From assembly GCA_041663145.1 (NCBI GenBank), contig JBAZRG010000002.1, forward strand, positions 94,618 to 158,617: DNA of 64,000 bases, written 5' to 3'. The notes below the pieces were generated by a model. The model made no database searches. It saw nothing but the letters and a program-made list of their open reading frames with translations, and had not been told where the DNA came from. The translations under genes and the position numbers were made by a program. This stretch comes from Minisyncoccota bacterium. Lineage in GTDB: Bacteria; Patescibacteriota; Minisyncoccia; Phycocordibacterales; PALSA-1337. Each line of letters opens with the position of its first letter. Position 1 is the stretch's first letter. This document shows positions 10,332 through 20,917 of this stretch, in pieces.

Positions 10332-11429
10332 ATGTCATTCTTTTCTTCACTGTTCAAGAAGGAAGCAAGCGTGCTTGGCATCGATCTCGGTTCTTCTGCT
10401 ATCAAGATCGTTCAGATCAAGAAAAAACACGGCAAAGCTGTTTTGGAAACATATGGGGAATTATCCCTGGGCCCTTACGCCAATATTGAGATCGGTAGGG
10501 CGGTTTCTTTGCCGGCCGAAAAGATGATTCAGGCCATCAAGGATATTTTACGTGAATCAAAAACTACCGCGAATATCTGTGGATCAGCTTTGCCTCTCTC
10601 GGCTAGTTTGATCACATTTATGACTATACCGGCCGTTCCCGACAAACAAATAGCAGACGTGGTCAATATAGAAGCCAGAAAATATATCCCCGTACCATTA
10701 AATGAAGTTTTATTGGATTACTCGATCATTCCTAGAGAAGAGGCATATACCAGTCAAGATGAGACCGCCAAAGCTGAAAAGAAAGGTAAAGACATTTTGG
10801 TTGTCGCCATACACAATGACTATATAAACGAATATCAGTCAATCATGCAGGGTAGTGGTCTCTTGCCTAGTTTTTATGAAATAGAAATATTCAGTTCGAT
10901 CCGTTCAGTTATCGATCAGGGTGTCGCCACGCATATGATCATAGACATGGGAGCGCGTTCAACAAAGTTGTATATTGTCGAAAGGGGTGTTTTACGAGCT
11001 TCGCATATCATCAATAGGGGCAGTCAAGATATAACTCTGGCTTTATCAAAAGCTCTATCCATCACTATTTCCGAAGCGGAGACCATGAAGAGGGCTTATG
11101 GTCTGAAGGGTGGTCCTGAATACAAAGAATTGACCGAGATCATAACAGTTAACCTCGATTATATGTTTTATGAGGCAAATGCGACCCTGCTTAGCTATCA
11201 AAAGAAATATTCCAAAAATGTAAATAAAATAATCTTGACTGGAGGAGGAGTTTTACTCCGTGGTTTTACTGATCTTGCCAAGATAAGTTTTCAGACCGAA
11301 GTCGTCTATGCGGATCCTTTCGGAAAATTGGAAACTCCCGCTTTTTTTGCCCAAGAATTCGCAAAATCAGGACCTGAATTTGCCGTAGCTATCGGAGCGG
11401 CATTGCGTAGGTTGGCGGAGCTAGAATAA
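10332..11429 (+). CDS. pilM: type IV pilus assembly protein PilM
   Basis: Actin-like LGIDLGSSAIKIVQ, IIDMGARSTK, IILTGGG, FAVAIGAALR. Confidence 0.92.
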   Translation: MSFFSSLFKKEASVLGIDLGSSAIKIVQIKKKHGKAVLETYGELSLGPYANIEIGRAVSLPAEKMIQAIKDILRESKTTANICGSALPLSASLITFMTIPAVPDKQIADVVNIEARKYIPVPLNEVLLDYSIIPREEAYTSQDETAKAEKKGKDILVVAIHNDYINEYQSIMQGSGLLPSFYEIEIFSSIRSVIDQGVATHMIIDMGARSTKLYIVERGVLRASHIINRGSQDITLALSKALSITISEAETMKRAYGLKGGPEYKELTEIITVNLDYMFYEANATLLSYQKKYSKNVNKIILTGGGVLLRGFTDLAKISFQTEVVYADPFGKLETPAFFAQEFAKSGPEFAVAIGAALRRLAELE

Positions 11430-11495
11430 GGCACGCTTCGACTTATACACACTACTCATTGAGCTCTAGTCTGCTATAATTGTATGTGAATCATT

Positions 11496-12164
11496 ATGGA
11501 TCCAAAATTCCAAACTTCTTTCATACCAAAGAGTCCAATGCCTGGCTTAGGAGCAAGGAGTAATATGGCCTCGATAAAAAAACCACCTCGGCATATAGCT
11601 AGTCTTTATATGATTTTGGCTACCACCTTACTCGTCATATCTATTGCCGGAGTAGGAGGTGCCTTTCTCTGGAAGCAATATCAGATCTCTCTGCAAGAAA
11701 AACTCAAGATCGAGCTAGCTGACCGGGAAAAACAATTCAACATCAATCTCATCGAACAGTTGAAACAAGTCAATGTGCAGATCGATACTGCTAGAGGATT
11801 GTTGCGTGAACATAGAGCTGTATCGGCGATCTTCGATTTGATTTCTAAATTGACTGTTGAAAAAATCCAATTTACAACATTAGAAATTGTTGGACCAGAT
11901 AATCCTGGTGGTGATTTGAATATTACATTAGAGGGCAGTGGTGCCAATTTGGCTGTACTGGCTTTCCAGTCAGATGTTTTGGGATCACTCGAACGTTACA
12001 ATCTACGCAAAGCCATAAAAAATCCAATAATCAGCAATCCGAAGATCGGTGCCGATGGTCTGACTTCCTTTATCCTTGAAGCAAGCGTCGATCCATCCAG
12101 TGTTTCCTATGAGAGGATAGTAACTGGCGATGATACAGGTTCGGCAACATCGACTTCACTTTAA
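11496..12164 (+). CDS. PilN-like pilus alignment protein
   Basis: N-terminal FQTSFIPK, one TM, coiled coil; lies between pilM and pilO. Confidence 0.65.
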   Translation: MDPKFQTSFIPKSPMPGLGARSNMASIKKPPRHIASLYMILATTLLVISIAGVGGAFLWKQYQISLQEKLKIELADREKQFNINLIEQLKQVNVQIDTARGLLREHRAVSAIFDLISKLTVEKIQFTTLEIVGPDNPGGDLNITLEGSGANLAVLAFQSDVLGSLERYNLRKAIKNPIISNPKIGADGLTSFILEASVDPSSVSYERIVTGDDTGSATSTSL

Positions 12165-12170
12165 AATATT

Positions 12171-12758
12171 ATGAATCGTAACATTATAGCTACAATATTG
12201 ATCGTTCTGGCTATCGGCACGTATTTTACTGTAACCAAAAAGATCATGATCGAAGTAGATGAAGTGCGTAAAGTCAACGCCGAATATGATTCGGCTATAG
12301 AGAGTGCTAAAAGACTGATCAGTGTGCGCGACCAAGTGCTCCGTGACTACAACAACCTTTCAGCTGTTGATCGTGATCGTCTATCTCGAATGGTGCCTGG
12401 ATCGATCGATAATATTCGATTGATGCTACAAGTTAAGGATGTGGCTATGACTCATGGATTTACTCTGGATGATCTACGTGCGGAAACGTCGGCAAAGTCA
12501 TCAGATACAAACACGTCAATGCCAACACGGAATCCAGACGGTTCTACTTCACAGTATTCGATTGCTACGCCAACTATGGATACAGTTACAGTGTCATTTT
12601 TAGCCAGTGCACCGTATCTAGAGTTCATAGGCTTCCTTCAGGATCTCGAAGCAAATCTCCGTATTATGGATGTGAGTAAGCTCAGTATGAAATCCAGTGA
12701 AGATGGTGTGTATGATTTTACAGTCGAACTAAAGACTTATTGGTTGCGTCAACAATAA
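12171..12758 (+). CDS. pilO: type IV pilus assembly protein PilO
   Basis: TM, coiled coil, YLEFIGFLQDLEANLRIMDV. Confidence 0.75.
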   Translation: MNRNIIATILIVLAIGTYFTVTKKIMIEVDEVRKVNAEYDSAIESAKRLISVRDQVLRDYNNLSAVDRDRLSRMVPGSIDNIRLMLQVKDVAMTHGFTLDDLRAETSAKSSDTNTSMPTRNPDGSTSQYSIATPTMDTVTVSFLASAPYLEFIGFLQDLEANLRIMDVSKLSMKSSEDGVYDFTVELKTYWLRQQ

Positions 12759-12769
12759 TTCAAAACCAC

Positions 12770-13090
12770 ATGAATAATCAGAAATCATCCAACAAATCAG
12801 CCCTGATCATCGGTATAATCGTCGTTGTGGCGGCTATCGGTTTCTTTTATTTTCAAGGCAAAGAATCACCTGATGATGGACTACTCAGTGTACAGCAGAC
12901 CGAGCCGGTCACCGCTCAAATCATTGGTCTTTTGAATCAGATCGAATCACTCCGTATCGATACATCTATATTTCGTAGTGTTTCTTATCAAACTCTTCGA
13001 GAGTATCCTGTAACGATTCCGGAACTCAATGTTGGGCGACCAAATCCTTTTGCGCCCGTATCCGGTCAGTCGGCCGGCAGTCGACGGTAA
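12770..13090 (+). CDS. pilus-associated membrane protein (PilP-like)
   Basis: TM plus C-terminal GRPNPFAP; operon position. Confidence 0.55.
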   Translation: MNNQKSSNKSALIIGIIVVVAAIGFFYFQGKESPDDGLLSVQQTEPVTAQIIGLLNQIESLRIDTSIFRSVSYQTLREYPVTIPELNVGRPNPFAPVSGQSAGSRR

Positions 13091-13101
13091 TCTCACAAAG
13101 C

Positions 13102-14886
13102 ATGTCAGTTCTAGATATACTCCTTCAAAAAAAACTATTAACCAAAGATGATGTCCGTGAAGTGCGCAGACAGATGTCTTCTGGCGGTTCTTTGGAAGAA
13201 AGTCTCATAGCTCAAGGAGTCAAGATCGAAGACATAGTCGGAGCTAGAGGTGAATTTTTGAATATTCCGGTACGGGTCATTTCGAGTGGAAGTGTCCCTT
13301 TTGAGGCACTGGACTATGTGCCTGAAGAATCAGCTTTGCATTATCGTTTTGTCCCGATAGGGCTCAAAGATGGAATGCTTGAAGTGGGTATTGTTGATCC
13401 AGACAATATGGAGGCGCGTGACGCTTTGAATTTTCTAGTTTCTAAGAAAAATATTCCATACAAAATATTTCTGATCACCATAGATGATTTTCAGAAGGTC
13501 ATAGAAATGTATAAGGGAATAACGGGCGAAGTCACAAAAGCTTTGTCCGAATTGGAGACGGAACTCTCAAATGAAGTAGAGTCGACTCGCGGTACAAAGA
13601 AGCCTGAATCAAGTTCGATGTCCGAAGAGTCCAATGCTGGTCTGGCTAAAAAAGTCGAGTCAAAACCGGGTGAAACGAAACAAAGCATTGAGGAAACATT
13701 GATCGTCGAAGATGCGCCTATCGTCAAAATAGTTGCTACCATCGTCCGTTATGCTGTCGAAGGGGAAGCATCCGACGTTCACATAGAACACATGAGAGAT
13801 AAAGTCCGAGTCCGTTTTCGAGTCGACGGAGTTTTGAATACCTCGCTTGTCATGCCATCTACTGTACATTCAGCGGTAGTTGCTCGTATCAAAGTCATAT
13901 CGAATATGCGTCTTGATGAGAAAAGAAAACCGCAAGACGGACGTTTTTCGGCCAGGATAGATGGACGAAGGGTTGATTTTCGTGTCTCGACATTCCCAGC
14001 CTATTATGGAGAGAAAGTCGAAATGCGTATCTTGGATCAGGCCAAAGGCGTCCGTACACTCGCGGAATTGGGTCTTTCAAATACATACATTGACATGGTC
14101 CGAAAGGCTCTCGATGCTCCATACGGAATGATACTCATCACCGGACCTACAGGTTCCGGAAAATCCACCACGCTCTACTCTATTTTGAATGAAATGGATC
14201 GTGAGAGTTACAACGTCCTTTCTCTCGAAGACCCTGTCGAGTATCAGATCGAAGGCGTCAGCCAATCACAGGTACGTCCGGAGATCGGTTACGATTTTAG
14301 TTCGGGACTCCGAACTACTTTGCGCCAGGATCCGGATATCATCATGGTGGGAGAGATTCGCGATAAAGAGACGGCTCAGCTCGCGGTGCAGGCCGCTTTG
14401 ACCGGTCACTTGGTCTTCTCGACTTTGCATACTAACAACGCGGCCGGCGTCATTCCTCGTCTTATCGATATGGGTGTCGATCCGTATCTGATCGCCCCAA
14501 CTCTCATCTTAGCTGTAGCTCAAAGATTGGTCAGTTTGCTTCCACCTGGAGGAGGACAGCCGACACCAGTAGATGGCAGTATCAAGGCTATGATAGATCG
14601 TCAATTTGCCGATCTTCCCGAACAATTCAAAAAAGAAATACCGTTTTCGGATACGGTTATGAAAATAAAGCCAACTTCTGATGCTCCAAAGGGTACACGT
14701 GGTCGTATGGCGGTATTCGAGATGTTCACAATGGATAAAGAGATCGAACAAGCCATATTGAGGAATGCCACGGAGATCGAAATCCAAAAGATTGTCCGCG
14801 AAAAAGGCATGTTGTCGATAAAGGAAAGCGCGATCGTTAAAGCTTTTGAAAAGAAGATACCTTTTGAAGAGGTAAACAAATTGTAG
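13102..14886 (+). CDS. pilB: type IV pilus assembly ATPase PilB (GspE family)
   Basis: ASDVHIE, RKPQDGRF, GPTGSGKSTTLY, LEDPVEY, LRQDPDIIMVGEIRD, TGHLVFSTLHTN. Confidence 0.93.
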   Translation: MSVLDILLQKKLLTKDDVREVRRQMSSGGSLEESLIAQGVKIEDIVGARGEFLNIPVRVISSGSVPFEALDYVPEESALHYRFVPIGLKDGMLEVGIVDPDNMEARDALNFLVSKKNIPYKIFLITIDDFQKVIEMYKGITGEVTKALSELETELSNEVESTRGTKKPESSSMSEESNAGLAKKVESKPGETKQSIEETLIVEDAPIVKIVATIVRYAVEGEASDVHIEHMRDKVRVRFRVDGVLNTSLVMPSTVHSAVVARIKVISNMRLDEKRKPQDGRFSARIDGRRVDFRVSTFPAYYGEKVEMRILDQAKGVRTLAELGLSNTYIDMVRKALDAPYGMILITGPTGSGKSTTLYSILNEMDRESYNVLSLEDPVEYQIEGVSQSQVRPEIGYDFSSGLRTTLRQDPDIIMVGEIRDKETAQLAVQAALTGHLVFSTLHTNNAAGVIPRLIDMGVDPYLIAPTLILAVAQRLVSLLPPGGGQPTPVDGSIKAMIDRQFADLPEQFKKEIPFSDTVMKIKPTSDAPKGTRGRMAVFEMFTMDKEIEQAILRNATEIEIQKIVREKGMLSIKESAIVKAFEKKIPFEEVNKL

Positions 14887-14904
14887 ATAATGTATAATAT
14901 CGTC

Positions 14905-15315
14905 ATGAATGAACAATCCACAAAAAAGATTTTATTTATAGATGATGACAAATTCCTTCTGGATATGTACTCACTAAAATTCACAAAAGCCGGTTATGAG
15001 GTCAAAACTGCCGATTCGACCGAAAGCGCAGTAAAGATCTTGCGTGATGGGTACTCTCCGGCTGTTATTCTGGTTGACGTTGTGATGCCGGGTATGGATG
15101 GACTCGATCTGGTGTCAATAATCCGAAAAGAAGGACTAGACGGCAAATCGAAGATTGTCATGCTTACAAACCAAGGAGCATCGGATGAGATAGTTCGAGC
15201 CAAGAAGCTCAATGTGGACGGTTATATCGTCAAGGCCACAACCATACCGTCGGAAGTTTTGGAAGAAGTTGATAAGATTATTAAAAATAATAGCAAACAG
15301 GAGGTTTCAAAATAA
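14905..15315 (+). CDS. single-domain response regulator (REC)
   Basis: ILFIDDD, ILVDVVMPGMDG, MLTN, GYIVKA. Confidence 0.9.
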   Translation: MNEQSTKKILFIDDDKFLLDMYSLKFTKAGYEVKTADSTESAVKILRDGYSPAVILVDVVMPGMDGLDLVSIIRKEGLDGKSKIVMLTNQGASDEIVRAKKLNVDGYIVKATTIPSEVLEEVDKIIKNNSKQEVSK

Positions 15316-15320
15316 AAAAC

Positions 15321-16379
15321 ATGGACTATAAATCTGAAATAGAAGATTTGGTAAATCTGATATTGAAAGAGGGAGCTTCCGATCTGCATCTTTCGGTCGG
15401 TCGCAATCCGATCATCAGAGCATCGAGCAATCTTATACCCTTACTAAAGAGGCCTGTTCTTACCGAGGCCGATATGAAAGGTTTTATGAATGTGTTCTTG
15501 TCTCCAGCCAGCAAAGATCTACTCGAAGAGAGTAAAGACGTGGATTTTTCATATAGTCTTACCCACGCTCGATTTCGAGGTAATGCCTTTTATCGTCAAG
15601 GAGTGATCTCTATAGCCCTACGTCTCATCCCAAAAGTCATACGCACGCTCTCCGAGCTCAATCTTCCTCCGATATTGGAAACATTTACTAGGAGACCGCA
15701 AGGTTTCTTCCTCGTAGTGGGTCCGATCGGTCAGGGTAAAACAACCACCCTCTCATCATTGGTCGAACTCATAAATACCACAAGGACTGAGCATATATTG
15801 ACCATCGAAGATCCGATAGAGTATCTATTCGAATCAAAAAAATCCATCATCGATCAGAGAGAGGTCCGTCTCGATACTCCAGACTTTAACAATGCTCTTA
15901 CCGCCATGTTCCGTGAAGATATAGACGTGGCTATGGTCGGCGAGATGCGCGATGCAAATACCATGTCTACAGCAGTGACCGCGGCCGAAACTGGCCACCT
16001 CGTTTTCTCGACATTGCATACAAATAGCGCCGCCTCGACAGTCGATCGTATCATCGATACATTTTCTCCAAATCAGCAAGATCAGATCCGTGTGCAGTTG
16101 GCGGGATCTTTGACGGGTATCTTTTCCCAGCGACTCATACCGAGAATATCGGGCGGACTGATACCGGCTTATGAACTCCTCATAAATAACAGCGCTGTTT
16201 CAAATCTGATCCGTGAACGTCGCACACACGAATTGAATACAGTTATAGAGACAAGTTCACAAGTGGGTATGATAGATATGAACAGATCTTTGGCCGAATT
16301 GGTCCGGGCAGGGGAGATCACGGTTGAGAACGCCTATATGAGTTCATTAAATCCAAAGACATTGGAAAGAATGATATAG
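15321..16379 (+). CDS. pilT: pilus retraction ATPase PilT
   Basis: ASDLHLSVG, GPIGQGKTTTL, TIEDPIEY, VGEMRD, AAETGHLVFSTLHTN. Confidence 0.92.
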   Translation: MDYKSEIEDLVNLILKEGASDLHLSVGRNPIIRASSNLIPLLKRPVLTEADMKGFMNVFLSPASKDLLEESKDVDFSYSLTHARFRGNAFYRQGVISIALRLIPKVIRTLSELNLPPILETFTRRPQGFFLVVGPIGQGKTTTLSSLVELINTTRTEHILTIEDPIEYLFESKKSIIDQREVRLDTPDFNNALTAMFREDIDVAMVGEMRDANTMSTAVTAAETGHLVFSTLHTNSAASTVDRIIDTFSPNQQDQIRVQLAGSLTGIFSQRLIPRISGGLIPAYELLINNSAVSNLIRERRTHELNTVIETSSQVGMIDMNRSLAELVRAGEITVENAYMSSLNPKTLERMI

Positions 16380-16406
16380 AAATGTGTAAATCAATAATAA
16401 ATAAAC

Positions 16407-17615
16407 ATGCTTTTTAATTACGAAGCCATAGATGATACCGGAGCCAAAAAGACTGGTTCGATCGATGCTATCAATGTCGATGTAGCCATTTCTTCACTGC
16501 AACGTCGTGGTCTGGTTTTGTCGTCTATCAGGGATGCTGAGACTCGTTCATTTCTATCAAAGAATATATCATTTTTCGATAGGGTCTCGACAAAAGATGT
16601 TGTTATTTTGTCACGCCAGCTATCAACCCTATTTGAAGCTCAAGTTTCAGCTTTGCGCGTCTTTCGACTTCTGGCTGCCGAATCAGAAAATCACACTCTG
16701 GCGGCAAAATTGCAGATCGTAGCCGATGATCTCCAAAGTGGAAGCTCGATGTCGCAGGCCATGGCCAAGCACCCAAAGATCTTTTCGGAGTTTTATACAA
16801 ACATGGTCAAGGCTGGAGAAGAATCTGGAAAATTGGATGAGACATTCCAATACCTGGCGGATTATCTGGAGAGGACATACGAATTGTCCTCGAAAGTTCG
16901 CGGTGCTCTCATATATCCAGCTTTCGTGGTGGTCACTTTCTTTACTGTCATGATATTGATGTTCACTATGGTTATTCCGAAGATCAGCGGCATCATCACC
17001 GAGTCTGGAGCTGAAATACCGATCTATACACAGGTTATATTGGGTATAAGTAATTTCTTGGTTCAATATTTCTTTATTTTGGCTGTAATCTTTGCAGTGA
17101 TCGTATTTTTTGTTATTCGTTTTATAAGAACTCCAGCAGGTAGTATGGCTTTCGATCAGTTCAAATTGACTATTCCTTATATCAATACTCTATTTCGCAA
17201 AATGTATCTGGCGCGTATGGCAGACAATATGAATACAATGCTCATCTCAGGCATACCGATCATTCGAGCGTTGGAGCTGACTGCCGATGTTATCGACAAT
17301 AAAGTCTATGAACAAATCATGCACAATGCCGTCGAGTCGGTCAAAGGAGGCAAGACTCTGTCCGAAGCATTGTCTAATAATAACGAATATATTCCAGGCA
17401 TTATGGTTCAGATGACAAAGGTTGGTGAAGAAACCGGTGAAGTTGGTAATATCTTGAAGACCTTGGCTCGTTTTTATGGTCGTGAAGTTGCAACGGCGGT
17501 CGACTCTCTAGTGTCACTTATCGAACCTGGAATGATAGTGCTATTGGGAGGCGGTGTAGCGGTATTGCTAGCTTCCGTCCTAGTGCCAATCTACAATATT
17601 GCCGGCGCCCAGTAG
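16407..17615 (+). CDS. pilC: type IV pilus platform protein PilC (GspF family)
   Basis: MVKAGEESGKLD, ALIYPAFV, VGEETGEV, SLIEP. Confidence 0.93.
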   Translation: MLFNYEAIDDTGAKKTGSIDAINVDVAISSLQRRGLVLSSIRDAETRSFLSKNISFFDRVSTKDVVILSRQLSTLFEAQVSALRVFRLLAAESENHTLAAKLQIVADDLQSGSSMSQAMAKHPKIFSEFYTNMVKAGEESGKLDETFQYLADYLERTYELSSKVRGALIYPAFVVVTFFTVMILMFTMVIPKISGIITESGAEIPIYTQVILGISNFLVQYFFILAVIFAVIVFFVIRFIRTPAGSMAFDQFKLTIPYINTLFRKMYLARMADNMNTMLISGIPIIRALELTADVIDNKVYEQIMHNAVESVKGGKTLSEALSNNNEYIPGIMVQMTKVGEETGEVGNILKTLARFYGREVATAVDSLVSLIEPGMIVLLGGGVAVLLASVLVPIYNIAGAQ

Positions 17616-17732
17616 GGCGGATTGTTATCCACATGTGGCATTACATCGCAATTATAGGGTAGTGCTATAATTGTGCTAACAGCCTTAAATAGGTTAGTTA
17701 TTAGAGGATTAATAATTATTAGTAAATAATAT

Positions 17733-18188
17733 ATGAAAAAGTACACAAGAGGTTTCACTCTTATAGAGTTGCTCGTGGTAATCGCCATCATCGGTATTTT
17801 GGCGTCAGTAGTGCTCGTCTCCTTGGGCTCAGCAAGAGCAAAGGGTAGGGCTGCATCTGCTCAAAGCAGTATGACAAGCATGAGAGCACAGGCGGAATTA
17901 AATGTTTCTGCTAGTGGCACATATCCTTCAACGCTTTGTACAGCAACTACAGGTGAGCTTGCTACATTACTAGCTGCTGTTCAGACACAAACAGGTGTAG
18001 CACCTACTTGTGATGTTACTACTGCAGGAGGTTCATGGGCTGTTTCAGCAACTATGACAGGAGTTGGTGGTGTTGCTGGTACGAATACAGCTTACTTCTG
18101 TGTTGATAGTTCCGGTTTCTCCGGTGGACGAGTAACAGCTGGAATTACCGGTTCTGACGGTACGACATGGGCTTGCCCAGCTTCATAG
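17733..18188 (+). CDS. pilA: major type IV pilin, copy 1
   Basis: MKKYTRG|FTLIELLVVIAIIGILAS; Thr/Ala/Gly-rich, FCVDSSG, ends CPAS; own promoter and terminator. Confidence 0.88.
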   Translation: MKKYTRGFTLIELLVVIAIIGILASVVLVSLGSARAKGRAASAQSSMTSMRAQAELNVSASGTYPSTLCTATTGELATLLAAVQTQTGVAPTCDVTTAGGSWAVSATMTGVGGVAGTNTAYFCVDSSGFSGGRVTAGITGSDGTTWACPAS

Positions 18189-18207
18189 TATCTATTCTTT
18201 AGTTTGA

Positions 18208-18242
18208 AAAACTGCCCGCCTCTTAGGTGGGCAGTTTTGTTT
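18208..18242 (+). terminator. intrinsic terminator after pilin copy 1
   Basis: aaaactgcccgcc-tctt-aggtgggcagtttt followed by a T-rich tail. Confidence 0.8.
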
Positions 18243-18398
18243 GGGGCGACGTAGTGACATGTTACTGGGGGTGCGCCTGTTATTATCCACACATGGCATT
18301 ACATTGCAATTCTAAGGGAATGCTATAATGCTATAATTGTGCTAACAGCCTTAAATAGGTTAGTTATTAGAGGATTAATAATTATTAGTAAATAATAT

Positions 18399-18854
18399 AT
18401 GAAAAAGTACACAAGAGGTTTCACTCTTATAGAGTTGCTCGTGGTAATCGCCATCATCGGTATTTTGGCGTCAGTAGTGCTCGTCTCCTTGGGCTCAGCA
18501 AGAGCAAAGGGTAGGGCTGCATCTGCTCAAAGCAGTATGACAAGCATGAGAGCACAGGCGGAATTAAATGTTTCTGCTAGTGGCACATATCCTTCAACGC
18601 TTTGTACAGCAACTACAGGTGAGCTTGCTACATTACTAGCTGCTGTTCAGACACAAACAGGTGTAGCACCTACTTGTGATGTTACTACTGCAGGAGGTTC
18701 ATGGGCTGTTTCAGCAACTATGACAGGAGTTGGTGGTGTTGCTGGTACGAATACAGCTTACTTCTGTGTTGATAGTTCCGGTTTCTCCGGTGGACGAGTA
18801 ACAGCTGGAATTACCGGTTCTGACGGTACGACATGGGCTTGCCCAGCTTCATAG
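18399..18854 (+). CDS. pilA: major type IV pilin, copy 2 (identical to copy 1)
   Basis: Identical 151-aa translation. Confidence 0.88.
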   Translation: MKKYTRGFTLIELLVVIAIIGILASVVLVSLGSARAKGRAASAQSSMTSMRAQAELNVSASGTYPSTLCTATTGELATLLAAVQTQTGVAPTCDVTTAGGSWAVSATMTGVGGVAGTNTAYFCVDSSGFSGGRVTAGITGSDGTTWACPAS

Positions 18855-18873
18855 TATCTATTCTTTAGTTTGA

Positions 18874-18907
18874 AAAACTGCCCGCCTCTTAGGTGGGCAG
18901 TTTTGTT
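18874..18907 (+). terminator. intrinsic terminator after pilin copy 2
   Basis: Same hairpin as after copy 1. Confidence 0.8.
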
Positions 18908-18925
18908 GGTGCTATAATCATCTTC

Positions 18926-20803
18926 ATGCAAAAACCATCACTCTGCTCAGTGGCAATATTTGTTGGTACGAGTTTGTTTCTAGTAGCACCATTTGTTCTC
19001 AGTAGTTATTTATCAGAACACCTCATTCTGATTTCAATAATATTTGGACTTTTCGGATTACTTTTGACACTGCATTTCAAAAAGTCTATCCAAAAGACTT
19101 TGTCAAATAAACTAGCGTTTGTGTTTCTGATTTGTTTGCTAGTTTTAATTCCATTTTCAATCACAAAACTATCTTCAGTCACTCATTTATTTTGGTGGTT
19201 ATCATATATAGCTGTATTTTTGTCGGCACAATGTCTCGTTTTTGATAAAAAACTATTGCAAATAGGATCAAAATTATTTGTGGCAATTACCGCTGTATAC
19301 GCAGTCATCATGTCATACCAGTTTATATTGTCTGGCCTTAGTTCGTATACACGACTGGTCGGATTGTCCGCTGGACACAATATATATGGTGGGTTTCTTA
19401 TTTTGCCTTTTTTCTTGAGTATTTATTTAGCAATTGTGGAAGAAGAGCGATGGAAGAAAATATCCTGGATCATTGCCGGAGCAATCATCTTTTCCAATAT
19501 CATCCTGACTTTTTCCAGAGGGACATGGCTTTCCATTATTATAGGAATAATTGTTTTTGCTGTCATATTTCGTGAGAAATTTCTATGGCACGATGTTTTG
19601 AACTCTTGGAAGACATACGTCTCTATATTAGTCTTGGCAGGAATGATCACAGGTGGTCAATGGGTTATGGCTAGAAACAACACATCAAAGATTGACTCCA
19701 GACGTCTGGCAGAAGTAGAGATATTTTCCAATGAAGATGCTGATAGCAATGCCTTTACTGCCAGATTGTTCTATTTCAAAGATGCACTCAATACTTTCAT
19801 TGAACGTCCCATATTTGGTTTTGGTGGGGGATCGTATCAGTTTGCTCTACGCATGAATAAGCAAGATCCGAATTATGGTTCATTCGCCGACCCACACAAT
19901 TGGTTTTTGCGCATGCTAGTGGAGAATGGAATATTGGCAACGATTATATTTATAGGATTTTTATTCTCTTTGTTTTGGGGTATTGGCAAATCTATTTTGC
20001 GTACGGAAAAGACCGATAAAAAAACCAACTGGTTGAATATGGTCATATTTATCGGATTACTCTCATATCTTCTTCATGGTCTCATGGATATGGATTGGAA
20101 TTATCCGGTTCTGCTTTTGATTTTCTTTTCTTTTGCCGGCGCTTTGTATGGCAACACGCTTTCCGAGAGTGATGTGAAAGAATCCAGAAGAAAATATTTT
20201 TCACTGTGGATCAATGTCATTCTGATATTTGTAATGATTATCTCGGCCATGATTGCTGTCCAAATGTTTCGCTCTGATAGTGCCAGGAGGGACGGCGATT
20301 ATTTCTATTTTGCAAAAGAAGACAATGATTCGGCAGTGGTGAGTTATTATGATGCTATCAAGTTGAATCCCTACAATTCGGCTCCTTGGTACAGTCTTTG
20401 GAATGTCTATATGGGTGAGAACAAGTTCAATTATGCAGAGACGGCTATAGGGAAGGCCATATCTCTATTTCCGACAAATGGTACATATTACGGCGCTTTG
20501 GCGACAAGCTATGCTTCATCTAGTAATCCACAGGGTTACCATGATGCTTTGGTTAAATCCATAAAGTATTTTCCAGCTAACAATCTTATAAATTATGTGA
20601 AGCTCGTGCATTATGATTTTGTTCAAAAAGATTATAAAGAAGCATTGGAATATCTTGACCGAGTCATACCGATTTATACGCATTATCAAACGGTTTTATG
20701 GTACAAAAACGACCCAAACTCAGCGATGATGACTCAGAATCTCGCGACTCTGAAGGAGTACAAAACTAAGATTGAAAAAATTACAGGCAAGAAGTTGGAG
20801 TAG
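18926..20803 (+). CDS. O-antigen ligase family (Wzy_C) protein with C-terminal TPR, probable oligosaccharyltransferase
   Basis: Many TMs, ILTFSRGTWL, RPIFGFGGGSY, DPHNWFLRMLVENG, LHGLMDMDW, TPR-like AIKLNPYN. Confidence 0.85.
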   Translation: MQKPSLCSVAIFVGTSLFLVAPFVLSSYLSEHLILISIIFGLFGLLLTLHFKKSIQKTLSNKLAFVFLICLLVLIPFSITKLSSVTHLFWWLSYIAVFLSAQCLVFDKKLLQIGSKLFVAITAVYAVIMSYQFILSGLSSYTRLVGLSAGHNIYGGFLILPFFLSIYLAIVEEERWKKISWIIAGAIIFSNIILTFSRGTWLSIIIGIIVFAVIFREKFLWHDVLNSWKTYVSILVLAGMITGGQWVMARNNTSKIDSRRLAEVEIFSNEDADSNAFTARLFYFKDALNTFIERPIFGFGGGSYQFALRMNKQDPNYGSFADPHNWFLRMLVENGILATIIFIGFLFSLFWGIGKSILRTEKTDKKTNWLNMVIFIGLLSYLLHGLMDMDWNYPVLLLIFFSFAGALYGNTLSESDVKESRRKYFSLWINVILIFVMIISAMIAVQMFRSDSARRDGDYFYFAKEDNDSAVVSYYDAIKLNPYNSAPWYSLWNVYMGENKFNYAETAIGKAISLFPTNGTYYGALATSYASSSNPQGYHDALVKSIKYFPANNLINYVKLVHYDFVQKDYKEALEYLDRVIPIYTHYQTVLWYKNDPNSAMMTQNLATLKEYKTKIEKITGKKLE

Positions 20804-20815
20804 GTGCTAAGAATT

Positions 20816-20917
20816 AGGAACCTTCCGGAAATAACTTCCCTCCCGTGCTCCGAGGATGGGTAGCCAGCGATTAGCGCCCGCAGGAGACGGGAGGGAAGTT
20901 ATTTCCGGAAGGTTTCT
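20816..20917. repeat. long inverted repeat (28-bp perfect arms) with conserved loop, family B copy 1
   Basis: 20819-20846 is the reverse complement of 20887-20914; loop contains CCGAGGAT...AGCG...AGCGCCCGCAGG. Confidence 0.85.

Larger units (their letters stand above)
17663..18907 (+). repeat. tandem duplication (period 666 bp) of the pilin transcription unit
   Basis: ~17663-18241 matches ~18329-18907 (leader, CDS, terminator); the sequence further upstream is similar but diverged. Confidence 0.92.

Noticed and set aside
17625-18291. Replication origin suggested by DnaA boxes
   Set aside because: Boxes are single and dispersed at promoters, with no cluster, unwinding element or dnaA/dnaN nearby
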